NCBI GenBank assembly: GCA_015680685.1
Contig: MNCI01003361.1
Coordinates: 1-64,000 of the forward strand
Direction: 5' to 3'
Origin: Gnetum montanum
Taxonomy: Eukaryota > Plantae > Gnetophyta
Length of the DNA stretch: 64,000 bases
Shown piece by piece: positions 1 to 12,385 of this stretch; position 1 is the stretch's first letter; each line of letters starts with the position of its first letter. A program made the position numbers and the translations under genes. Below the pieces are notes generated by a model that ran no database searches, was not told the DNA's origin, and saw only the letters and a program-made list of their open reading frames with translations.

Positions 1-741
1 ACAGGTATGTTGAGATGCAAAAGAATGCTCATATTAAGAAACTTGCCTTATGAATAAAGTTGGAGGAACCTGACCCATGAATCAGGNAAGTACCCTCTCC
101 ATGGTTGTAGAAAGGTCACATGATGACCTTTCAAGGCTTGTAAGGCGATGGGAAAATTGACATTACTGATGACTTGAAAAAGGTATCTTATTTGATTATG
201 TATTTTGAACTGCCCTTATCATGAATCTATTTGAAAACTCTTTCCTTGCATCTTATGACAATTCTGATCGATAAAGAGATAGATATTATGCTGGAATGTT
301 ATGTAATTATCAAGAGGAGTTGAACTTAAGATCTAGCAAAATTTGAATTCTAAAATATCAAAAATTGTTGATTTAGGAATTGAACGTGCAACCTGTGAAT
401 ATACATATTTTATTGACTTTTTTTATAGTGATCATGAAGAGAATTGAACTCATGAACCATTGTTGAAAAAAAGAAAAGAGAGAACTTTAAAAAGAAAGAA
501 AAGAATACAAACAGTCTCCAAGAAGTCAGTTACAAGAAACCATCCATTATCCCTTATTCCACCTACAAATAGGAAGAGGATGAGAGGAAAAAAAACACAC
601 ACAAGACAAAAGTAGTTGAGGAGAATGAAGAAAAAAAGCTACAACAACAGTGAGTGTGGTTGGGAAGGGAGAGAAGACTATGGCTGCTATAAGAGATAGC
701 AAGGAGAAAGAAAACAAGTGTAGCATAGCAATCCTATATTC

Positions 742-1279
742 AAATAAAGGATGTACATCGTTTGAGGATGATATGCTCCAAGTTACAAGAGGAAAAGTTG
801 ATGATTAATGCCAAGAAATGCTACTTCATGAAGAAAGAAATTATCTACCTGGGTCATGTTGTCTCCAAGAACCAAGTCAAGATGGAACTACGTAAGATAA
901 AGGCAATTAAGAAATGGCCTTCACCTAAGGATGTTGAAGAGGTGAGATATTTTCTTGGTTTGGTTGGCTGCTATAGGAGATTTATTAAGAATTTTAGTTC
1001 CATTGCATGGCCTATGCTCTCTTTTTTAAAGAAAAATTCAGCATATGTCTGGGATAATGAGAAAGAAAAATCCTTTCAAGCATTGAAAGAGAAAATTTGT
1101 AGTGCTCCAGTTTTGGCAATTCCAAACTTCTCAAAACTATCTGAGTGGAAGTAGATGCAAGTGGGTTTGCTATTGGAGGTGTGCTTTCTCAAGAAGGTAA
1201 ACCAATTACATTATTTTCTGAAAAATTAAATGAATCTAGACAAAAGTATAGTGTGTACGAAAAGGAGTTATATGCTATA
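742..1279 (+). pseudogene. Ty3/Gypsy (chromovirus-like) pol fragment: RT C-terminus and RNase H, interrupted at 1280 by a Copia insertion
   Basis: ORF 762-1154 has KCYF/YLGHVVS/FLGLVGCYRRFIKNFS/SAPVLAIPNFSK; after a frameshift DASGFAIGGVLSQ...KYSVYEKELYAI, which continues at 12391 as LQAIKYWRHY once the insertion is removed. Confidence 0.92.
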
Positions 1280-1565
1280 TGTAGTTATTCAGAAAAGTAG
1301 AGAAATTGAATTTTTATTCTTTGATTTTTGAGTGTTACAATGAGCCCCTTTTATACATGAATATGGACACTATTTTCAGAAGGAATAATCATAAATCCCT
1401 AATTATGGGGAAAAACAAATCACCATAAAATTATGAACCATAAAATCAAGAAATTTGTCTAAAAAAGGCTAGATTTGGGATGACAACAAATCCCACTAAA
1501 TTAGGAAACTACCAATAAGAATTACATTTGTAAACAACCCTTAAAAATTGATATAAAATTCCACA
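1280..1565 (-). repeat. 3' LTR of Copia 1280-12385
   Basis: tgtagttattc...ttccaca, followed by ctccccctcaag (reverse complement of PPT, 1566-1577); about 29 mismatches plus one 4-bp indel versus the other LTR by manual count (~10%). Confidence 0.95.
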
Positions 1566-3153
1566 CTCCCCCTCAAGTTGGGATTTAGATGTTGAGAAGA
1601 CCAAGCTTGGATCAAAGTTCTCCCAAGGTAGTTTTGGGAAGAGCCTTGGTTAGGATGTTAGCTGTTTGATTCGTGGTAGGAACATAATCAATTGAGATCA
1701 TCCCTTCTTTTATCTTTTCTTTGATGAAGTGCTTGTCTATCTCCGCATGTTTTGTTCAATCATGATGTATTGGATTCTTGGCTATGCTAATAGCTACTTG
1801 ATTGTCACAGAACAATTTGATGGAATTTGCAATTTGGATTTTGAGCTCATGCAATAGTCTCTTCAGCCATATTCCTTCACATATCCCTTGCACCATAGCT
1901 CTAAATTTTGCCTTAGTGTTGCTACAGGCTAATATAGATTGTTTCTTGCTCCTCCAAGTGACAAGATTTCCAAGGACAAAGGTACAATATCTAGATGTTG
2001 ATCTTCTATCAGTATTGGAGTCTACCTAGTCAGCATCCGTAAATATTTTGATATCTCTGGTTGATGTCTTCTTGAAGTAGAGACCTTCACCAGGGGCACC
2101 TTTTAGATACCTTAGAATTTGGAACACTTTGTTCATGTGTTCTTCAGTTGGGTTGTTCATGAATTGACTAACAAAACTAACTGAGAAAGCAATATCAAGT
2201 TTGGTATGAGAAAGATGAAGTAGTTTTCCAACAAGCCTCTGACACCTCCCCTTGTCCACTAGTGGATTTTTTTCATTTGAATTTGACTTGTCTATTGGAG
2301 TGTTAGCTGGTTTACATCCAAGCATTCTAGTTTCCTTGAGTAAATCTAGAACATATTTACGTTGTGAGATTGAAATTCCCATTTTTGATCTTCCTATTTC
2401 CATTCCAAGAAAATATTTGAGATTTCCCAAGTCCTTTATCTCAAATTCTTTAGCAAGGAAGTTCTTCAAGGTGGCTATTTCTCTTTCATCATTCCTAGTC
2501 AGGATAATATCATCAACATAGATAATAATGATCGATGTTCTACCTTTGGAAGAGTGCTTGACAAACATACTATGATCCATTTGGCATTGTGAATAGCTAT
2601 GTCTCTTTATAGTATTTGCAAATCAATCAATCCATGCATGTGGAGATTTTTTAAGATAAAGAGATTTCTTCAGTTTGCATACTTTGTTGACATTTTCTAC
2701 AAACTTGATACTTGGTGGAATGTCCATGTAAACTTCCTCTTCAAGATCTCCATTCAAGCAATAAAATTCAAACCCATGTAAGGGCTAAGAGTTCACAAGA
2801 TAGAGGGAGTAATGACAAGAGTTGGCGCAAGAATGGGAGCAGGTGCAAGAGTGAGAGTAGAAGCAGGAATGGGAGAGGCAGGAGTGGGAGCAGGGGCACC
2901 CAAGAACAGGTAGGCTAGGTTAGAGCATGACCTTGGTATACATGGGGGAAGGCATGGGGGATGAGTCAAGGGTATAGGAAATGGCATGGCGAAAGAAATG
3001 GGTGAAGAGGGGGTAGGGCCTAAACAGCAGGGTCAGGCACATGTGAATGAAAAAGGGGTTGAGGATTTTGAGGCCTGCTATAGGGAAGGAGCCATCATGT
3101 GGCTCAAGGTAGGCCACCCATCCAAAGGGACCCTATAAACACTAGAACGGAGC

Positions 3154-3743
3154 TTGCAAGGAAATTTTGTTTCTAAAGGAACGCACCCTAGGATGGACCT
3201 AATACAGAGGTGGATTAAGGTAGCTTGGGATTTGGATAACGTCAACCTGAGGAGTTTGGCAGACGACAGACTACTCTTCCATTTTCAAATGAAGGAGGAT
3301 AGGGAACGGGTTATCGTGGAAGGGCCATGGTACTATGGGGCCAGGGGGCTGGCCCTGGCTCCCTGGTGACCTGGCTTGCATCACAATGTGAGTCTATTCG
3401 AGCAAGCACTAATGTGGGTGCGGCTCCATAGCCTACCGCTAGAATATTGGTTGATGGGATTCTTGAAATCACTAGCAGAACTATTTTGAGAGCTCATCAA
3501 GTTCATGCCTTCACAACATCCATGGATCGGATGGGGTGTGCCTAGTTCTGCGTGTGGTGGTCATTGAGATTAGAGGATCAGGTAAATGAGGCAATATTGG
3601 ACATCGAGATGGGAGAAGAAAAAGTTTGGGTGCAATTTGAGAATATGCTAAAAGCGCAAGAGGAGGAATCCCCTATCTGCAAGATTTGTGGGAAAGGGCA
3701 CCAAACTACAGACTATAGGGTTAACTCACCTAAGCAACATTAG
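3154..3743 (+). pseudogene. L1 ORF1 remnant (DUF4283-type RRM region plus zinc knuckle)
   Basis: RLLFHF...DRERVIVEGPW...LAPW, WVRLHSLPLEYW, CKICGKGH; stops and frameshifts. Confidence 0.85.
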
Positions 3744-4257
3744 GGCTAGAATTTGGTGGGTTGTAAGAGCTACACAATGAAAAAGGGGCTGCTAGCACCA
3801 GGTAGCGGGCAATCCCCCATTGCATGTCCTGAGCAAGGGGTAGGCAGGCCACGGGAGGGAACATACTGCCATGTGTTGAGGAGCAGACGACAAGATGCTC
3901 ATCCATGGGGGTCTAGTAGGCTGGGATACTGAGATTGGAGGAGGACAATAGAGAGGGTGCGGTGTCTCCTTGTACCTTGCTGATGAGGAGGCTAGAAGCA
4001 TCAGAGGGGCCTAGACTGGAGTTACCCCCGTTGGGGGAATGGATCACTCTGGGCTAAGGATCAACAAAGCCAAAAATGAAGGACATCCTGGGAGTGAAGG
4101 ATACGAATGTGCAAGGTGTCATGGTCACCTGGCCAATGAACAAAGTAGGATGTCTAGATGTGGCCAACACACGAAAAACGTTCACGCAGTTGGACCTTGA
4201 TTTGGGAGTGTAGCGCACACTTCAGGAGGTGTATCAAAAATGTCTATCTATGTTCCC

Positions 4258-7200
4258 ATGAAGATATTTTCCTGGAATTGCTAAGGATAGGGTATCCCAT
4301 ACAAAAGAAATACCTTGAAAAGGATTGTGAAGGAAGAGGGATGTTATATTGTATGCCTATAGGAGACAAAGCTGCAAGCCTCAAAGCGGTAGTTCCTACA
4401 GTGGGAGGGTTGGATGTGCAAATGGTGCCAAGCTGAGGTAGAGCAAGAGGATTGGTAGTCTTGACTAAGGACTTGGTCAGTTTGGTGGACGCGTCTGATT
4501 GGAGCTTGATGGTACACATACCTCAAGCAAATATTTGGGTTACCAATGTCTATGGGGCACAAAGCTGGGAGGTTCACATATAGGAGTTCCAATGGGTAGT
4601 GGACTTGGTTATCAACACGGACAAGTGGATAATGATAGGAGATCTCAATCAAAGGATATTTTGTTGGTAAAAATTTGGGGGAGATTGCTTTGACCCTATG
4701 GGGGCCGTAGACTACATGGCATTCATTCGAGAATACAACATGGTCAACCGAGAAATTACAGGATGTAAATACATGTGGAGTAACAGGAGAAGAGGGATGG
4801 ACTAGGTGTAGTTGAAGATTGACTAGGTGTGGATCAGATCCAGCCTCATGATGGAATTCCACATTTAGGTGGAAGGTAAGGAAAGGTAGGCATTGAACCA
4901 TTGGTCTATTATTTGCAGAGTCCAAACCATTGTGGACAAAGCTCCTTAGCCCTTTAGATTCAAACAAACTTGGCTACACAAACCTTGGCTGAAACACTTG
5001 GTACAAGCTACTTGGCAAGCCTATATAGGGGGCACAAGAACCCAGGGATTTCTTGAAAGCTGGGCTGAGATCTCTCAAATAACATATCAAGAACATCGCC
5101 TTCAATGACAAAACTACTTCAAAGGATATAAGTTGGACGTGTAGGGGCAGCTATGGGAAATTCAATGGCAGCAAGAGGGGGGGAGGGGGTAGACCTTGGA
5201 CGGGAAGAACAAAAACTGCTTAAGGAGCTCCAGGAATTGGATTGGGAGGAAGAAGCCTATTGGAAGCAACGATCATGGGTGATGTGGCTACGAGAGGGAG
5301 ATAAACACACAAGGTTTTTCTTTGTAGCTGCAAAAGCTAATCGGGCTGCCAAGCGCAAGATACAGAACCTGTTAGAGGGCATGGATGAGGGAGGATTGCC
5401 AAACAACTAGTAGGGACTAGAAGAATTACAAGCGTACTAGGGAGATGTTTGGAGGTGGCGTAGTATAAAGCACATCTTGCTCTAGGTCCCACGGGTCCTA
5501 ACAAGGGTTGATAACTTGCAACTATTGAGGCTATTTTCATGTGAAGAGCTACGCAAAGCCATGAAGTTAAGGCCATCTAACAAAGCTTTGGGGCCGGATG
5601 GGTGGCCTATTGAATTCTTTAGGGAATTCAAGGAGATTTTTGGAGCTAACCTATTAGATGCATTCAATAGCATGCTCACTTGGCAATAGGTGAAGAGGGA
5701 GATTAACTACTACTAGGTGGTGTTATTGCCAAGAGTCCTGAACCCAACATCACTAGGGCACTTTAGGCCCATAGGGGTGTGCAACATGCTCCTACAAATC
5801 TTCTCACAGATGCTGGTTGCTGGGGTTGTACCCCTAATGACTAGGCTTATGGGGAAACATCAGGCTGAGTTTGTCTAGGGCCGCTTCTTACAAGATTAGG
5901 TCTTGTTATGGCAGGAGATTTTACATTCTCTTAAGAAGGCTCAATTTTCGGGAATGTGCATCAAGTTAGATATCACCAAGGCTTATGACTCGGTTAGTTG
6001 GGCGGCTCTTAGAGTAGTCATGCTAGCGAAGGGATTTGATGTCAAGTTTGTCAATCTATGTATCCAAATGTAACGGAGTAGCCGCTACTCCTTTGACATT
6101 GACAGGTGACTCTAGGGATTCCATGGAATAGGGAGGGGATTATGGCAAGGGGACCCACTTTCTACTCCTATTCATTATTGTCATGGATCTACTCAAATCC
6201 TACTACCTAGCAGAAGAGGTTCAAGAGCTAAACATACACAGTGTGCACTACTTGACCGCCCAATACTTTAATGACATGATGATATTTACCAAGGCAGTGG
6301 TGCCACTAGTCGAGGCCTTGATATAGGTGTTGGATAGATTGCAAAGGGAGGTGGGCCTCACAATCAACATAGGGAAATCAAATATTTACTTGGTCCACAT
6401 GGCACAAAAGATGGGGGAAAAATCACTGGGGCATTCTACTAAGAAGCACACAGGAAAAATATCTTGGCATGCCCATCTTTGAATGGTAGCGGAAGAAGGT
6501 GTGGCTGGGGTTGCTAGAGAGGATCCAAACAAAAACCACTCATTGGACTAGTTGTTTCTTGTTATGCAAGGGAATGATGATTCTTGCCTCTACTATTTTG
6601 ATGGCCATAGCTAGGTTCACTGCATCCATGGCCACGCCATTGGTGGGGGTGATGCAAAGAATTGAGAGAATCATTAGAGAATTTGTGTTGTCAAGGGGGA
6701 AAGGAGGGCAAAAGGATGCACTTGGTGTCCTGGGCGGTCATAACATGTCCAAAATAAGTTGGGGGATCGACATTTTATAGTTCAAGGATAAGGTGATTCT
6801 GGATCTACAACGGCTTCTCTACAAATTCCTAGGACAAACCAAAAATTCAATGCTATGGGGACAAATACTCCATTAGAAGCACTGCTATTGGGAGGCTAGT
6901 GCAGGCAATTCCCACCTCTGAAAAAACTTGAGCTAGCATGCCAACAAGATGGAACAATCGAGTCTACTAGAGTAGCAGCCTAAGGAGATTGTAAAACACC
7001 TTTACCCATTAGAGCATGCGTGGATTGAAATCTGAAAAGGCCGCCTACTTGAGAAGATAAAGGCATTTGGCTAGTTACTCAATCATCAGGTGCTCCCTCT
7101 ACATGTCACGTTGAGGGAAAGAAGAGTGCATGTGGAGCCCACCTCTCCTTTGTATAATAGTGACACCGAAATGCTACAACATTTTATACACGAATGTCAA

Positions 7201-8500
7201 TTCACTTTGGCAGTCTGGCACATGGCCAATCTTAACCCCTTCGCTTGCCACAAGGACTCGATAGCATTGGCTGCGTTGTGGGTGCTTTGGAAGCACTAGA
7301 AATCATGGGTCTTCTAGGGCCTGGCCCTACCCACGTTGGCAATAGTGTGGCCTAGGAAATACAGGTGCCATGGAACAAGATCACAGAAGTTATGGGGCAG
7401 CAGCTCCCTTTTGAGGTAGATGAAATTTGCAAAGTAGGTAGAGTTGTGGTCATTGGTTCAATGAATGGGCTGGGAAGATATGTTGTGGCGCATGGAAGGT
7501 GAACAGGGACTGCCTACTGCATAGTTTTTTGAAAATTAGGAGGATAACAAGACTAAATTCTGGGGTAGGAGAATTATTGTCTCGCTGACGATGTTGGCGA
7601 CCTTAGGGGTCGACACGGAGGGAGAGGTGATTGTGCCGATGGTGCATGCACAGACCAATGCGATGGAATTCTTCCAAGGGGCCATTCCCAAGATGGCAAT
7701 GGTCACATCCGAAGATTGGCATTGCAAGGGATGTGGAGGGACGTAGTTGTTTTAGTTAAAAGATAGGTCATGCAGTTTAGATACCCCCATAAATTGGTTG
7801 GTGTTCATTTTACATTCTTGAAACATATGCGACACGGTGCCCCCATTAATGTTCCCTAGTTCTTTTGGGACTCTAAGGCGACAGTGGCTTGGGCAGCACC
7901 TTGGAGTGATAATGGTGCTTTGGCGTACATTTTTTCTGATCCTGTTACTATTCACTACACTGGTGTATTACCAATGGTAGGGCAGGGCTCAGGGGTCCAT
8001 GACAGTGCCACAAGAAACTAGTGGTGTAGCGGTGTGCACAACTATAGGCACCGCCGGGGGGGTGCACAAGACTAGGAGCCAGATGAGGAGGGGAGGCACA
8101 TGCAGAGCGGGAATACCTAGGACATCTCTGCGGAGTGTAGCAGAGTGGCAGTATAGGCGAGGAAGGAAGAAAGGGAGTGGTGGTAGTTGAGGTGGGCAAA
8201 TATGAGACAAGAGGCACATCAAGAGGCTACATACTTGCGGATTCAAACCCTGCAATGGATGGAAGGCATCATTTTCATAAACAGGGTGGGTCTTGCATAG
8301 CTCATTATGGAAAATCAACAATGACTGGAAATGAGCATGAGCACTACTAACAACCAGGCCGCAGTGGATACCAGGGCATCTCAATTGCTGCATAGAGATG
8401 AGAGCAGGGGTCAACATAGGGGCAAGATCAAATTGTTTGGTGGAGTGGAAAAGCTTAGGCTACACATGACGAGTGAGAATGGGTTGTGTTTGGGGTCTTA
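4258..8500 (+). pseudogene. L1 ORF2 remnant: APE endonuclease, reverse transcriptase, zf-RVT, probable RNase H-like C-terminus
   Basis: MKIFSWNC at 4258, CL*ETKL, MIGDLN, WKQRSWVMWLREGDKHTRFF, GPDGWPIEFF, FRPIGVCN, KLDITKAYDSVSW, QGDPLS, ETMLQHFIHEC-like zf-RVT (7090-7299); the end coordinate is approximate. Confidence 0.88.
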
Positions 8501-11500
8501 TTGGGTGGGGACCTGGGGGGTTGGGAATGGGATGCAGCTACAGGGCCAGCTTGTGTGGTGGGGTAAAGTAGGAAAAAAGGGATAAAACAAGGACTGGTAA
8601 AGAGGAATATCTAGCAAGAAGGCCGTGGCACTTTGCATGCCTAGGGGAGTGGGATTAGCCACAATGACCCAATCTATACTGATGTACAACTTCATTTTTT
8701 TCGGAAATAATAATATCTCAAATTTCTTCCAAAAAAAGAGATCTCCATTCAAGAATGCATTTTTGACATCCAATTGGTGTAGAGGCCAATCAAGATTAGT
8801 TGCAAGGGATAGAAAGACTTGGATGGTATTTAATTTGGCAACTAGTGCGGAAATTACTTAGTAATCAATTCCATAAGATTGTGTAAAGCCCTTGGCCACA
8901 AGGTGAGCTTTTTATCTATCAATATTTCCATTTTCCTTGTATTTAATCATGAAGATTCATTTACATTCGATAGTATTTTTCCCTTTCGGTAGCTCAACTA
9001 TATTCCACGATCCATGCTTCATTAGAGCATTGATTTCATCATCCACCGTTGATTTCCACTTTGGTCTTTGAAGAGCCTCTTGAATATTACTGGGAGTTTG
9101 AATATCTGTAAAGCTCATAGCAAATGCATGATATCCAGGTAACAACTTATTGTAAGAAACAAAGTTCTATATTGGGTGTTTTGTACATGACCTTACCCCT
9201 TTCCTTAATGCAATTGGTAAATCCAAAAGTTCATTAGAATCAAGAATTGAATTAGTGTTACATGGATGTGAGTCATTCTAGAATGAATCCGACACATTTT
9301 CATGAATAGTGCTTGGGTAGAATTGCTTTTCCATATCCTTTTGAGTTGGTTTCCTTCTTGAGTACACAATGAGCTCTTTATTTATAGTCTCGTGAGGGGA
9401 CTTGGTAGTGGATTGAGATTTAGGCTCGAGCTAGATTGAGTGAGTGTCTCGACAGAAGAAGGATTTGGTTTTGGATGCCAAAAAAGATATTCTTGATTTT
9501 CACTCTTCCCCTAAATATCAGTTTTGGGATAATAAGGTTGTGTTTCCATGAATGTAACGTCCATTGAGTGGTAAAATCATTTTGTACTAGGACAGTAGCA
9601 CTTATACCCCTTTTGATTTGGTGAATATCCTAGGAAGACACATTTGGTGGCTTTGGAATCAAGTTTGCTACGAAATTATTGGCGAAATTGAACAAAAATC
9701 GTACAACCAAATACTTGTGAGAGGGATTGATGAGATGAATCGGGTTGTTGGAAAAGCTTTCAAAAGGACTTGACAAGGATTCTAGAATTTAAGAACTCAT
9801 GATGACATTCGATTGATGAGATATGTAGTAGTAAGAATCGCTTCTCCCTAAAACAAATTTGGAACTTAAGAGGAAAGTAGGAGGGCTTGGGAAACTTCCA
9901 ATAAATGCCTATTTTTCCTTTCATCTATCCCATTTTGTTGTGGGCTATCAATACAAGAGCTCTGATGGAAAATTCCCTCTTTAGACAAAAAACCCCCAAG
10001 AATAGAGTTGAAATATTCTTTTGCATTGTTGGTTCTCAAGATTTGGATTTTTGTTTTAAGTTATGTCTAAATCATGTTCATGAAATTTTTAAAGATTTGG
10101 CTAACTTCAGATTTCTCTTTCATTAGATATATCCAAGTGAGTCTTGTATGATCGTCAACAAAGGATATAAACCATCTAGCCCTTGTCACATTTTTTATTT
10201 TTGATGGACTTCAAACATCACTATGAACCATAGAAAAAGGATGAGATGCTTTGTATGGTTGTATTGGATAAGAGTTACGAACATGTTTTGAAAGTTGACA
10301 AATTTCACAATGGATAACATTTGAATTTTTATTGAATAATGATGAAAAGAGTCTTTTGAGATACAAAAAACTAGGATGACCTAGTCTATTATGCCATAGT
10401 AAAATTTCATTTTTCCTATTTGACTTAAATACAAAAAAAGATTGTTTCTCATTGACTATTTGTGGGATTGTCTCTCAATCTCTAAAGATATAGAGTCCCA
10501 CACACACCTCAGCATTGCCAATCATTTGTCCTGAAGTCAAATCTTGAAAAACACAATGATTGGAAAGAAATTTAGCAACACAATTCATATCCTGAGTGAG
10601 TTTACTAATGGATAACAAATTGCATGTCAGGTTAGGGACAAGGAGAACAAATTTAAGGGTTAACCCCCTACATAATACAATAGAACCTATACCGAATACC
10701 TTAGATAGAGAATCATCGACAATAGGAACCATATGATTCTTCGAGCATGGTGTGTAGTCTTGAAGAATTGTAGAATCTACAGTCATGTGATCTGATGCTC
10801 TAGAGTCAACAATCCAAGTGCTTAACTTATTATCCTTTTGAACTTTTAGAGCAATGACAAAGTTACCTTTTTGAGCCACTAAACTAATCCCTATGATTGG
10901 ATTAGAAGTGTCGGGAATTTGCTGAGTGAACAACTTTTGCAGTACTTCCATTTGTTCCTTACTAAAGGGGTATCCTAATGATTTCAAAGAAGAGGAAGGT
11001 CTTTCTTCTGTTGCTACATTATTACCCTTGCTTTCTTTCTAAAATTGGGAGTGTGATGGTTTCCATTCAGCAAGTTTCCCATGGATTTGCCAACAAGTTT
11101 CTCTAGTATGACTAGGCTTTCGACAGTGATCACACCAGGGCCACCCTTTCTTCATCTATGAACTAGAACTAGAACCTTGTGTAGCTAAAGTCAAACCTTC
11201 GTTGGTTGGATGGTTCGAACGAAACATAACTTTCTTCCTACTTTCTTCTCATCATACTTTAGAGGCAACCTCATGGAAACTTGGTAGTGGTTTGATTGCT
11301 AAAACATGCTCACAAACTTCATCTAGGTTTTTGTTTAAACCTAGAAGAAACTTGTAGATTTTTTTCTTTTCAATGATCTTTTTATACTTGTTGGCATCAT
11401 TTGGATAGTTCCATTTTGTGGTCTCAAATAGATCTAATTGTTGCCAATATTGATTTAATCAACTGAAATATTGAGTGACAAACAAGTCTCCTTGGCGTAA

Positions 11501-12091
11501 GTCATGAAGAATCCCTTCTATCTCAAGCACCTCCGCGATGTCTTCTTTATCAGAGTAGGTTTCTCTTGCAACCTTTCAAATCTCTTGGGCCATTTCATAG
11601 AGCATAAAATCTTCTCCAATGTTCGTCATTGAGTTGATCAACCACGACATAACCATGTTATTTTCAACCTTCCAACTCCGGTACTTTGGATCTTCCTTTG
11701 TTGGTTGAGTAGCTACTCTAGTGAGATAGTTATCTTTGCCCTTGCCACATGAGCATCATAACTGAATGGGACCATTGAAGATAATTTTGTCCATTTATAT
11801 TGTGACCTGTGATGAGGATAGCAGAATTTTCTGAACCACCATTAGTGCTCAGAATTGAGTTGGTATTAGGAGCAAAGGTGACATTTGACATTGTTGTGGA
11901 TGTAGCCATAAGGATGGAAAGGAATATAACAAGGAGAGAGACAAACCTCTATGATAGAAGAATGAGAGCCAACATTTTCTTTAGCTGAAAAAGAGAAGGA
12001 AAGAAAATTCAATGTTGTTGGTGATGAGCATAGGTTTGATGCCGTTGGTGAGAAGGAAAAATTCACCATTGGATAGAATTGCTAAGGAAAT

Positions 12092-12103
12092 GCTCTGATA
12101 CCA
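12092..12103 (-). promoter_or_regulatory. Primer binding site (tRNA-iMet) of Copia
   Basis: gctctgatacca = reverse complement of TGGTATCAGAGC, directly beside the 5' LTR. Confidence 0.95.
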
Positions 12104-12385
12104 TGTAGTTATTCAAAAAAGTATAGAAATTGAATTTTTATTCCTTGATTTTTGAGTGTTACAATGAACCCTTTTTATACATGAATATGGACACTATTTT
12201 TAGAAGGAATAGTAAAAAATCCTTGATTATGGGGAAAAATCACCATAAAATCAAGAACCATAAAATTAGAAAATTTTCTTAAAAAAAGCTGGATTTGGGA
12301 TGACAACAAATCCCATTAAATTAGGAAACTACCAATAAGAATGACAGCTGTAAACAACTCTTAAAAATTGATATGGATTTCCACA
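12104..12385 (-). repeat. 5' LTR of Copia 1280-12385
   Basis: Direct repeat of 1280-1565; adjacent to PBS and TSD. Confidence 0.95.

Larger units (their letters stand above)
2759..8738 (+). mobile_element. Near full-length decayed L1-clade LINE inserted in Copia RT
   Basis: 15-bp TSD agatctccattcaag (2744-2758 and 8739-8753); A7 tail at 8731-8737; ORF1 and ORF2 motifs in order; Copia RT rejoins across the TSD (DVKNAFLNGDLEEEVYM). Confidence 0.95.
1280..12385 (-). mobile_element. Full-length decayed Ty1/Copia LTR retrotransposon (short LTRs, Ale-like), interrupted by an L1
   Basis: TG...CA LTRs at both ends; 5-bp TSD CTATA (1275-1279, 12386-12390); PBS and PPT present; minus-strand order gag (CDHCRKPSHTRETC zinc knuckle ~11090-11135), protease WIVDSRASDHM (ORF 10475-10987), integrase, RT YVDD (ORF 2026-2580), RNase H. 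Confidence 0.96.

Noticed and set aside
1-741. HIKKLAL-like peptide near position 30 and other coding-like sequence
   Set aside because: There is no HxD at J-domain spacing and no recognisable domain; left unassigned.
4344-4967. 207-aa minus-strand ORF
   Set aside because: It is an antisense shadow of the L1 endonuclease with no motif.
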